IMG/VR virus record: IMGVR_UViG_3300008952_000015
Location: 1-64,000 of that record
Direction: 5' to 3' (one strand)
Length of the DNA: 64,000 bases
Source of the DNA: a virus
Part shown: piece by piece, positions 56,605 to 64,000 of the stretch
How positions within the stretch are numbered: position 1 is the stretch's first letter
Layout: the number at the start of each line of letters is the position of its first letter
Notes under the pieces: generated by a model
Told to the model about the DNA's origin: nothing
Database searches by the model: none
Seen by the model: the letters and a program-made list of their open reading frames with translations, nothing else
Program-made: the position numbers and the translations under genes

Positions 56605-56859
56605 TTACTCCATCGGCTTATTAAAAACATTCACCATAATTCTCTCACCATGTTTTGCGCCAGAGGCCTTCGCAACAGTTCTAATCGCATTAGCAATTCT
56701 TCCCTGCTTTCCAATAACCTTCCCCACATCTTCTTTGCCAACCTTTATTTCATATAAAGTACCCTCTTTGTCTGTCTCTGCCTGAGCGACACTTACCGAA
56801 GCTTCATCATCAACAATTGCTACAACCATAGTCTTAATAAGATCTTCTATTCCACTCAT
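56605..56859 (-). CDS. khpA: KH-domain RNA-binding protein KhpA (UPF0109)
   Basis: IVDDEASVSV...KEDVGKVIGKQGRIANAIRTV. Confidence 0.9.
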   Translation of the reverse strand: MSGIEDLIKTMVVAIVDDEASVSVAQAETDKEGTLYEIKVGKEDVGKVIGKQGRIANAIRTVAKASGAKHGERIMVNVFNKPME

Positions 56860-56860
56860 T

Positions 56861-57385
56861 TTATTTCTCCTTTACATTAATTTTGATAGGCTCAACGGCC
56901 TCGCTTCTCGGCACAAATACCTCTAACATTCCGTCTTTCATTGAGGCGGCTGAAAGCTTTAGGTTGAAACTAGGATGTATAAAATACTTAGTCCTAAAGT
57001 TTCTCCTGGCAATACCTCTGACAATCATCCCTTGTTGTACTCCAGTCTTAGGAGCCTTAGGAGGATATTCATCAGCCATCTCTGCCTTGCCTTCATCAAG
57101 AGCGCCTCTTGGTCTATCAGCCTTGTTCCCAATGCCTCCAATGCACAACAGATTGCCCTCGACCGTTATAGATACATCAGACGGAGAATATCCGGCCAAC
57201 GCAAAGGCCATATGAAAGCCCTCTTCATCGCACCACTGATCACATCTTGGAAACTTTCCAGCCGATGTCACCTTCTTGTTGCCACCGACCTCTCTATAAA
57301 ACTCATCATCAGCCCAAAGAAGATCAAAAATCCTTCCCGGCACCGAAACTCTGCTCAACATTTCTTTCATATTATTCTTCTCCAT
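56861..57385 (-). CDS. Small heat-shock protein (Hsp20/IbpA family)
   Basis: FP..D...FALAGYSPSDVSITVEGNLLCI, RGIARRNF, ASMKDGMLEVFVP. Confidence 0.9.
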   Translation of the reverse strand: MEKNNMKEMLSRVSVPGRIFDLLWADDEFYREVGGNKKVTSAGKFPRCDQWCDEEGFHMAFALAGYSPSDVSITVEGNLLCIGGIGNKADRPRGALDEGKAEMADEYPPKAPKTGVQQGMIVRGIARRNFRTKYFIHPSFNLKLSAASMKDGMLEVFVPRSEAVEPIKINVKEK

Positions 57386-57689
57386 CTTCTAATTCTAGAT
57401 GAGCATCCAGATAAAGGCTGACTGTATTAAATGACTCTACGATGCTTGAAATTGACCAGCCAAGCAAAGCTGATATCGCTCCAGCAAACACCGGGTTTAT
57501 TTCAAACCAAAAAGAGCAAGCTACTCCAACCCAAAACCCCGTACACATCGTGCAATTAATTAACTTATTTAAAAAATTAGATTTGCTTGATATAAATTCC
57601 CTTATTGGCTCAAGTAAAGAGCTTAAGACGACTATAACTGTGATTCCAGTACAGCCTAATGTAAAAATTAAAAATTCAACCAAACTCAT
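57372..57689 (-). CDS. DUF1360-like small membrane protein
   Basis: Hydrophobic helices around LINCTMCTGFW. Confidence 0.75.
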   Translation of the reverse strand: MSLVEFLIFTLGCTGITVIVVLSSLLEPIREFISSKSNFLNKLINCTMCTGFWVGVACSFWFEINPVFAGAISALLGWSISSIVESFNTVSLYLDAHLELEDGEE

Positions 57690-57764
57690 TATAACTCCGA
57701 CTATCTTATATATACTGTAAAATCATATAACTATCAACAATTTTTGGTTTAAAGTATTTGGAAC

Positions 57765-57784
57765 TGTAAACCTTTTGCCCGAAA
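57765..57784 (-). promoter_or_regulatory. Conserved 20-nt intergenic motif, copy 1
   Basis: tgtaaaccttttgcccgaaa, 18/20 identical to 60468-60487. Confidence 0.5.
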
Positions 57785-57792
57785 CTTTCTAT

Positions 57793-58362
57793 TTAAACGA
57801 TCTCGTCTATGACACCAAGCTCTAAAGCACTTTCTGCCGTCATAAACCAATCAACTTTATTTTTTAATACTTCTGTTAATTTCTTTTTGGAAATCTTAGT
57901 AAGCCTAAGGGTCATCTCCTCTATCTTTTTCTGAAGACGCTTTGTCTCTTCAAGCTTCTCTTCTAAATCTTTTACTTTTCCAAAAAACCCAGAAGAGACT
58001 TGGTGGTAAAGGGGTGTTGCATGTCTATAGGCAAATCTTCGATGTCCATTTATCAGGATTACAAACCCACAGGACATGGCAGCTCCTGTCACAACTGTAT
58101 GAATAGGTGTTTCGCTATTTTCCATAACACCAATTAACCCAAAGCATTGATACACTTTTCCTCCATAAGAATCTATATATATCCTTATAGGGTTCGGACT
58201 GTACTCAAGTCCATAAACACAATAAAGCTTGCGCAAGTGCTCATCGTTCTCATTTATTTCTATAATACTTTTAGTGAGTTCGTTTATGGAAGCCTGATCC
58301 ACCTGTTTCGATAGATATAAACTTCTATCCTTTGGAATAGGCAACGTATTTGCCGTAGCCAT
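57793..58362 (-). CDS. clpP: ClpP-like protease
   Basis: IRIYIDSYGG, GAAMSCG (catalytic Ser), HQVS (His), DWFMTAESALELGVIDEI. Confidence 0.9.
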   Translation of the reverse strand: MATANTLPIPKDRSLYLSKQVDQASINELTKSIIEINENDEHLRKLYCVYGLEYSPNPIRIYIDSYGGKVYQCFGLIGVMENSETPIHTVVTGAAMSCGFVILINGHRRFAYRHATPLYHQVSSGFFGKVKDLEEKLEETKRLQKKIEEMTLRLTKISKKKLTEVLKNKVDWFMTAESALELGVIDEIV

Positions 58363-58526
58363 CTAACCTCCTTTTTGCATAATATGTTATATAAATTTTT
58401 CTATAAATCTGTGTAAAAGATCTTCTTGGTCAAAGTATATACACGGCCAAACTTTTGTCCACATCGAAAAGGTGCTGCTGCACACATACACGCATGTACC
58501 CTCAGGTCTTCTGTGGATAAACCATG

Positions 58527-59255
58527 CTAATCTCTATTATCTTTTGCCTTCAGATAAGACTCAACTGTTACTGGAAAAAGATTCTTTGCAAAATCAAGGC
58601 ACGCCTCTGCAACAACTTGAATCTCCTGCTGCGCTCCTTCATGTATCCTTAGGTCTATAAACTTTAGAAGATTAGATAGGTTGCAGGTTCCGTAGTATTC
58701 GGTATACAAGTTTTGAGGAAGAACACCCCTAGCCTGCTCTCTGCATATATCGTTTTCAATTAGCTCATTATATAGCTCCAGAGACTTTGCATGTAGCTCT
58801 TTTACTCTCTCTCTAGCAGTTCGAGTAACGCTATACTCTCTTACTAAGTCGGGATTAATAAGCTTGTCTACGTTTGAGGCCTGTCTATTGCTCTTGTGCT
58901 GTGTTCTAAACCATTCAGGCTCATAGAACCGAAGGTCGCAATCTGTGTATCTTCTGCTAATTTCATTATAAGACCAGGTTCTATGCCTATGATGCTGCGA
59001 TCTTATGAACAATGGAACAACGAACTTAAAGGTTATTCCACAATGTTCCAATGTAGATGTATGCTTATTTTTAATAAGATATTCCACAAGCCTAACATCC
59101 CTTTCAGAAAGCTCTTCTCCGACTGAATCCTTCCCGAAGGAAACTCTTGCAGATCTTACTACCGTGGCATCTGACCCCCAATGCTGTACAAGCTGTACTC
59201 TTCCTATATCATCTCCGTAAAGATACTTAGTAAGGCCAAACTCCTCGTCATTCAT
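58527..59255 (-). CDS. thyX: Flavin-dependent thymidylate synthase
   Basis: ARVSF, HTSTLEH, QHHRHRTWSYNEISRRY, REQARGVLP, AQQEI. Confidence 0.96.
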   Translation of the reverse strand: MNDEEFGLTKYLYGDDIGRVQLVQHWGSDATVVRSARVSFGKDSVGEELSERDVRLVEYLIKNKHTSTLEHCGITFKFVVPLFIRSQHHRHRTWSYNEISRRYTDCDLRFYEPEWFRTQHKSNRQASNVDKLINPDLVREYSVTRTARERVKELHAKSLELYNELIENDICREQARGVLPQNLYTEYYGTCNLSNLLKFIDLRIHEGAQQEIQVVAEACLDFAKNLFPVTVESYLKAKDNRD

Positions 59256-60450
59256 CAGGATTTCCTCTGCAAACCATTGTTAGTCTCCGGTCCTCGTCTA
59301 ACAATATATTCGCAACACTTCTAACATCCTCTCTAGTAACCAGATCAATCTTATCTATATACTCCTCGATAGTTGGACATTTAAAAAGCTTTTGCTTAAC
59401 GCCCCAATAAGCGATGCTATAACTATCTTCTATGGCTGAATAAAAAGATGATCTCATTTTGTTCTTTGCCCTCTGCAACTCTTCTTCTGAAACCAGGCTC
59501 TCCCTCATCTTTTGAAGCTCGCTGTCAACTATATTAAGAGCCTCTTCGACATTTGCATCTCTTGTAGAGAAGTCCACCATGCTCACAGCTCCATGCTCCC
59601 AATCATTGTAACTAGACGAAACTCCATAGACCAAGCCCTTCTTTTCTCTAACTTCAGCAAAAAGCCTTGAGTCCATACCTCTACCAAGGATTGTTGTCAT
59701 CAGTTGCGTAGAGTAAATGTGTTCAGAAGGGGTATTAAATCCGGGCGTACCCATCCATACATACGTGTGCTCTATCCCCGCTCGCTCTGCCTCTAAGACC
59801 CTACTCTCTTCATATTTAGAATCAGAAAAAGTTTTACTACCTCGGATCTTGCCAGTCTGCTTACCAAAGTATTTGTTAAGCATATCTCTCATCTTTGTCT
59901 TACTGAGGTTGCTGCAAATAGAGACTATAGCGTCCTTTCTGTTGCAAAACTCGGAGTGAAATCTTGATATTTCAGATCTACTAAACCCAGAAATAGACTC
60001 CGCAGTACCCAAGACAGGAGTTGTGAGATAGTTATCAAAAAAGTTTTCTGAAAACCCCCTCCAGATAAACGCCCCTACATCGTCTAAAGAAGATGCCTCC
60101 TCTTCTTTTACAACCTCTATCTCTCTAAGAATCTCCTCCTCAGGAAAGATAGGATTAAAAACCATATCTGAAAGTATCTCTACACACTTTTCAAGATTTT
60201 CATATGGGACTGATATATAATAGGCGACTGACTCATGCGAAGTAAAGGCATTAGAGTGTCCTCCGAGAAAGGCTATCTCTCTTTGGATTTCAGTTCCAGT
60301 TCTAGTGTGCGTTCCCTTGAATAAAGAGTGCTCTAACATATGAGAGATTCCAGAGCTATAACCCCCCTTCTCCTCGACTCTTGATCCAGCATTAAAAGAT
60401 ATTATTATAGTAGCTAACCTACTATGTGTTTTTGAAACTACATGAATCAC
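59248..60450 (-). CDS. M16 family zinc peptidase (pitrilysin/MPP-like)
   Basis: GISHMLEHSLFKGT (HxxEH), NAFTS, EIEVVKEE, SRLFAEVREKKGLVY. Confidence 0.93.
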   Translation of the reverse strand: MIHVVSKTHSRLATIIISFNAGSRVEEKGGYSSGISHMLEHSLFKGTHTRTGTEIQREIAFLGGHSNAFTSHESVAYYISVPYENLEKCVEILSDMVFNPIFPEEEILREIEVVKEEEASSLDDVGAFIWRGFSENFFDNYLTTPVLGTAESISGFSRSEISRFHSEFCNRKDAIVSICSNLSKTKMRDMLNKYFGKQTGKIRGSKTFSDSKYEESRVLEAERAGIEHTYVWMGTPGFNTPSEHIYSTQLMTTILGRGMDSRLFAEVREKKGLVYGVSSSYNDWEHGAVSMVDFSTRDANVEEALNIVDSELQKMRESLVSEEELQRAKNKMRSSFYSAIEDSYSIAYWGVKQKLFKCPTIEEYIDKIDLVTREDVRSVANILLDEDRRLTMVCRGNPDE

Positions 60451-60467
60451 TAACTACTCCTATAAAT

Positions 60468-60487
60468 TGTAAAACTATTGCCCGAAA
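60468..60487 (-). promoter_or_regulatory. Conserved 20-nt intergenic motif, copy 2
   Basis: tgtaaaactattgcccgaaa; reads TTTCGGGCAATAGTTTTACA(AT) on the minus strand just before the M16 RBS. Confidence 0.5.
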
Positions 60488-60505
60488 TCTTCATTCGGGA
60501 AAACG

Positions 60506-60540
60506 AAAAATGGGGAGGGAGATATTTTCCCCCTCCCCAT
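60506..60540 (-). terminator. Intrinsic terminator after the VWA gene
   Basis: ATGGGGAGGG-loop-CCCTCCCCAT followed by TTTT on the minus strand. Confidence 0.8.
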
Positions 60541-60546
60541 CCAATG

Positions 60547-61689
60547 TTACCGATTCTTGCTTTCAATAACTACTTTCTTTCCATACGGGAATTGAACCCC
60601 AGCATCCTGCTCACATACAGCCCATAACATTCGAGTCTTAGGCTTAGATGGGAATGGGGCATAACCATCTGTGAATACCACTAAGCCATCATACTTGCGT
60701 TCATCTGCAAGATGAATTACCGGCTCAAAGCATGTTCCACCTCGACCAACTATATCAACCTTTGCCGCCTTTTTGCTAAAGGGCTTAGGGTCGCCATGTA
60801 GCCTTGTATCAAATTGAATAAAGTCAACCTCTACATGGTCTATCATTCCATTTAATTCTGTAACAAAGTATTCTAGCTGAGAGTCCGAAACAGACCCAGA
60901 GGTATCAAACGCCACAAGCAATCGACTTGTGTAGTTTCTCTTAGAGCCAGGAGAGGTGAAACCATATCGTCTATTTGGCCTCATTCGGGTGCTCTTTCGC
61001 CCCATAAGAACAAGCTTATTAATAAACCACCTTACTTCCTTCTTCCAATTAACAACTGGCTTATTGGCGGCTATAATCTGGGAAGCTATATTTCCGCTAA
61101 TAGAACCCCAGCCCTTTTTCTCCTGCTCTTTAATAGCTTTCTCTGCGATGTTTCTGACCTTCTCTTCGACAATATCATCGTCAAAGTCATCCCACATAGA
61201 GTGGTCATCAACGGTATCTCCTTTTCCTTCAATGAGTTCATCAAAGTCCTTTCCTTGGCCTTCGCACTCCTTCTTTAGCTTCTCGTAATACCACTCTGAA
61301 GACTGATTATCTTCCAGACCAAACTGATTAGGGTACAAAGCACCCTGCGGCAGACCCTCGATATGACAGTTAATTGCACAATCAGCAGCTATATTGTAGC
61401 CTCTAGGGTTATAAGCAAAGTGCTTAGCTCTAGTAAGATGGTGCAACAAAACGTGCAGAGCCTCATGCTTAAGAACACTTCTAAGCTCAGTCGTGCTAAG
61501 GCCATCTACAAAATCTGGATTATAGTAAAGTGCTAAGTCAACTCGTCTAATAACACCTACGGCAAGCGTTGGAATATCCTTTCTCTCCTTCTTATTAAGG
61601 TGAAGAAAGACCTCTCCGTATAGAGGCTGGAACGTAACAAGCTTTGAGATTGCCGACTCAAGTTTGTTCTTAACATTTGTGTTAGCCAT
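60547..61689 (-). CDS. DUF2201-type metallopeptidase (HExxH) plus VWA domain protein
   Basis: HEALH, NIAADCAIN, DDHSMW, DTSGS MIDAS, GRGGT, FTDG. Confidence 0.88.
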   Translation of the reverse strand: MANTNVKNKLESAISKLVTFQPLYGEVFLHLNKKERKDIPTLAVGVIRRVDLALYYNPDFVDGLSTTELRSVLKHEALHVLLHHLTRAKHFAYNPRGYNIAADCAINCHIEGLPQGALYPNQFGLEDNQSSEWYYEKLKKECEGQGKDFDELIEGKGDTVDDHSMWDDFDDDIVEEKVRNIAEKAIKEQEKKGWGSISGNIASQIIAANKPVVNWKKEVRWFINKLVLMGRKSTRMRPNRRYGFTSPGSKRNYTSRLLVAFDTSGSVSDSQLEYFVTELNGMIDHVEVDFIQFDTRLHGDPKPFSKKAAKVDIVGRGGTCFEPVIHLADERKYDGLVVFTDGYAPFPSKPKTRMLWAVCEQDAGVQFPYGKKVVIESKNR

Positions 61690-61758
61690 AATTATAGTCT
61701 CCTGTGAAAGTTAAGACACCTTTTAACCCTGTGCCTTCCCGTGGGTAGAAATAAGGGC

Positions 61759-62835
61759 TTACGAAGAGAGATAAATCTGCTTCAAATGCTCCCTAAAATC
61801 TTCATCACTCTGCCATTCCATAACAATCTTCTTGCTCTTCTGACCACCGAGAAGGGCGACCCAAGCTTGCGAAGCAACATCATTTGGAAGCATCATAAAG
61901 AAGTCTCTCAAATTAGCTCGTTCCTTAGTCTTAGTCTTAGTCAAGCTTCTTTCATTAACCTCTGCAACAACCGAGCGAGAAAGGGCTGCGATAACTTCAA
62001 TGTCATTACAGGCAGACTCTACCTTACTCTTAACCTTCTCAAAGTTGTCCAAGACATCACTTGGCCGAAGCTGAGAGAATTCATTGGTCAGAAACTTCTG
62101 AAACATTACAGCAATCTCTCGACCGACCCAACCCTTAGTAACCTGAGTAAGCATACCATCATCTGTGCGCTTATCTAGACCCATAAGCTGCAAGGTATCA
62201 GAAAAGGCAACCCAGCTTCTTCGGGAAGGATAAACTCTACCAGCCTCAAGGTTTCCTACTGGTGGGTCAAGGAGGTTTTGATTACGATTAATAAACTCTA
62301 CTACAGCCTCATGGACACTATTTTGTCTGGCCCAATCTAGCCACTCTTGAGTAGATGGATCAAAGTCGATGTGGAACCATCTATCATGCAAAGCAGGATC
62401 AAGCTCCACTACATCGTAGTCTTCATCAGAGTTTACCGCAGAGACAACTCGCCATCCATCTGGAAGCTTCTCTCCATCCAAGCGCCTATCTAAGCAAATC
62501 TCAAAGACTGCTTGAAGAACATCCTTTGAAGCTCGATTAAGCTCATCAAAGAATAGAATACCCTTTGAGTCCTGTGCTTTAGGCCACCATTCTTGCTTCA
62601 AGAAACGAAGCACATCCTTCTCAGTATCTTTGTGAGGCATACCTTTAATGTCACCCACTTCACACTGAGAGAGTCTTACATCATAAAAGCCGTATGACTC
62701 ACCTGTTTCTTCTGTTAACTCATCAGCAACCTGCTTGACGACTGAGGACTTCCCCACGCCATGCTTTGCGTGAAGCATCACAGATTTATCTTTCGGCATC
62801 CTCTTTAGGATTTCCTTCGTTTGTTCAATGTTCAT
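61759..62835 (-). CDS. MoxR-like AAA+ ATPase
   Basis: AKHGVGKS, DIKGMP, LFFDELNRA, SAVN, LDPALHDRW, PSRRSW. Confidence 0.9.
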   Translation of the reverse strand: MNIEQTKEILKRMPKDKSVMLHAKHGVGKSSVVKQVADELTEETGESYGFYDVRLSQCEVGDIKGMPHKDTEKDVLRFLKQEWWPKAQDSKGILFFDELNRASKDVLQAVFEICLDRRLDGEKLPDGWRVVSAVNSDEDYDVVELDPALHDRWFHIDFDPSTQEWLDWARQNSVHEAVVEFINRNQNLLDPPVGNLEAGRVYPSRRSWVAFSDTLQLMGLDKRTDDGMLTQVTKGWVGREIAVMFQKFLTNEFSQLRPSDVLDNFEKVKSKVESACNDIEVIAALSRSVVAEVNERSLTKTKTKERANLRDFFMMLPNDVASQAWVALLGGQKSKKIVMEWQSDEDFREHLKQIYLSS

Positions 62836-62917
62836 GCTTTCTCCTTTTCAGCAAGATTCGATAATGGGACACTTCCCACGGAGCTATATAACTGATGTAG
62901 AAAATATTTCTACTTTT

Positions 62918-63277
62918 TTATTCTCCCTCTTCACCTGAGGGAGTATCTTCTTTTGGAAGGTCTGCTACGGCATCCCTGACCGAAGCCAGTCTTCCCTGAA
63001 ATGTCTTCAAAGAAGCTACCAAATCCCCTATAGACTCCGGTGAGTCTTGACCAAAAGCACCTCCATCAAATGCCTGTGAATCATAAGCTTGAGGATTAAG
63101 CAAAGATGAAAAGGTGCTTTTGATCGCCTCTAATCCATCCGAAGGCATAACCCCGTCCTCTCCTAATACAGAACCAGCAAAGCTTGTAGCGTCATTCAAT
63201 GTCTCTTCTATTGAAGAGAGCCTTGAACTAATATCCTCTAACTTGGATATAACCATTGTTTCAAAATCACTTGACAT
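62918..63277 (-). CDS. Hypothetical acidic protein
   Basis: AGGAG RBS and ATG; coiled-coil N-terminus. Confidence 0.65.
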   Translation of the reverse strand: MSSDFETMVISKLEDISSRLSSIEETLNDATSFAGSVLGEDGVMPSDGLEAIKSTFSSLLNPQAYDSQAFDGGAFGQDSPESIGDLVASLKTFQGRLASVRDAVADLPKEDTPSGEEGE

Positions 63278-63285
63278 GTTTTCTC

Positions 63286-63999
63286 CTATTTTTTTGTTCC
63301 AAAAGCGTGAGACTCATCCAACGCAGATGGCGTTAACCTTATAAACCTAGAGTTATTTCTTAGGTCATTTAAATTGTAAGAGTTAGTATAAGTCATAGCT
63401 GACCTTAACCCCCCACAAAACTCATCTAAAATATAGTAAGCCTTTCCCTTTAAAGGGATATGTGTCGAAACACCTTCTGCACAAGTTCCAGGCTTAAGCC
63501 CCTCTCTCCTCTCCTCTTGAACCTCTTTTGATGCCATTCCTCTATAAACCTTAACTCTTCTGCCATCTAAAGAAATAACTTCCCCAGGAGACTCTATTGT
63601 TCCTGCAAATATTCGTCCGGCAATAATAGCATCTGCACCAGCAGCTAAGCTCTTAACAAAATCTGCTGGATACCTTATTCCCCCATCTGCTATAATAGAC
63701 ACCTTCCCAAATGTAGCACTACTTTCTCTGGCTGAGAAGCAGTCTGCAACAGAAGCAAGAGTTGGAACTCCTATCCCTGTCATTATCCTTGTCTTACAAA
63801 TTGATCCACCACCTATGCCAACTCTAATGGCACTTGCACCGGCTTCAGCAAGCCTAAGGAATCCTTTGCCTGTAGCTACATTTCCGGCTATAATAGGAAT
63901 ATTCCCAGATGTTTCTCTTTCCACCCACCTTATCATGTCTAGCATGTAACTTGAGTCGCCATTAGCAACGTCAATAGCAACAGCAGAAAGAGAGTCTTT
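63286..63999 (-). CDS. IMP dehydrogenase / GMP reductase family protein (5' end beyond the right window edge)
   Basis: Frame stays open to the edge (KDSLSAVAIDVANGDSSYM); AGNVAT, VGIGGGSICKTR (catalytic Cys), IIADGGIR, YRGMAS, AEG. Confidence 0.92.
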   Translation of the reverse strand, partial: KDSLSAVAIDVANGDSSYMLDMIRWVERETSGNIPIIAGNVATGKGFLRLAEAGASAIRVGIGGGSICKTRIMTGIGVPTLASVADCFSARESSATFGKVSIIADGGIRYPADFVKSLAAGADAIIAGRIFAGTIESPGEVISLDGRRVKVYRGMASKEVQEERREGLKPGTCAEGVSTHIPLKGKAYYILDEFCGGLRSAMTYTNSYNLNDLRNNSRFIRLTPSALDESHAFGTKK

Positions 64000-64000
64000 A

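Noticed and set aside
58363-58526. Possible frameshifted small ORF between thyX and clpP (ATG G TTT ATC CAC..., FIHRRPEGTCVYVC...)
   Set aside because: It needs a 1-nt correction, would overlap clpP extensively and has no recognisable motif; cannot be supported without reads or homologs.
61690-61758. GGGAAG-containing leader as a cobalamin riboswitch
   Set aside because: Too short and missing the other conserved B12-element features.
62895-62914. GTAGAAAATATTTCTAC resembling part of a Cas12a repeat
   Set aside because: Single copy with no spacers; it is a simple inverted repeat.
183-63344. All plus-strand ORFs in the track and the short alternate-frame minus ORFs (36053, 37349, 52181, 54731)
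   Set aside because: They lie within or largely overlap long minus-strand genes with recognisable motifs and have no family signatures; they are shadow ORFs.
19456-64000. Interpretation as a bacterial chromosome (dnaE, recA, groEL, ftsK, hup, clpP, thyX)
   Set aside because: The genes are divergent, truncated or split, lack their usual operon partners, and are continuous with terminase, portal, prohead protease, gp32-like SSB and fibres in one co-oriented block. A large phage fits better.
1-64000. Stop-codon reassignment, inteins, introns or tRNA genes
   Set aside because: Genes are full-length in code 11 and end in TAA, TAG and TGA; DnaE, RecA and TerL have ordinary lengths; intergenic gaps are short and I saw no cloverleaf. 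A tRNAscan run would be the definitive check.

Overview
The window is 64 kb of a large (jumbo/huge) tailed-phage genome. Essentially every real gene is on the minus strand and tightly packed in standard code 11. Positions 1-19 kb are a head-morphogenesis cluster: a prohead protease running off the left edge and absent from the ORF track, portal, lambda-gpA-type terminase, a probable small terminase, many hypothetical head proteins and a class II nucleotidyltransferase. Positions 19-45 kb carry replication, recombination and transcription genes: split DnaG, RecA, GroEL, RuvC, SSB, UvsY-like, DnaE, sigma factor, PD-(D/E)XK nuclease, SbcCD, FtsK and a 2294-aa orphan. Positions 46-56 kb hold two fibre/adhesin genes with a shared N-terminal anchor. 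Positions 56-64 kb are host-like auxiliary genes: HU, KhpA, Hsp20, ClpP, ThyX, M16 peptidase, MoxR AAA+/VWA pair and IMPDH/GMPR. The most interesting signal is a candidate capsid cargo-addressing system. A ~29-aa helical module (h-x2-h-A/S-x2-L-D-x2-G-h-x2-E/V-A/S-x2-h-D-x-h-h-x-K-x-A) recurs in otherwise unrelated head-cluster proteins, and K-x-A/S/G motifs recur at N-termini and domain boundaries, plausibly as prohead-protease sites. Also noted are a candidate late promoter (WAYTAATW), a nested internal start in the protease gene, terminators whose loops hide -10-like boxes, a structured ssb leader and a physically split primase. All calls come from reading motifs by eye; no database searches were run.
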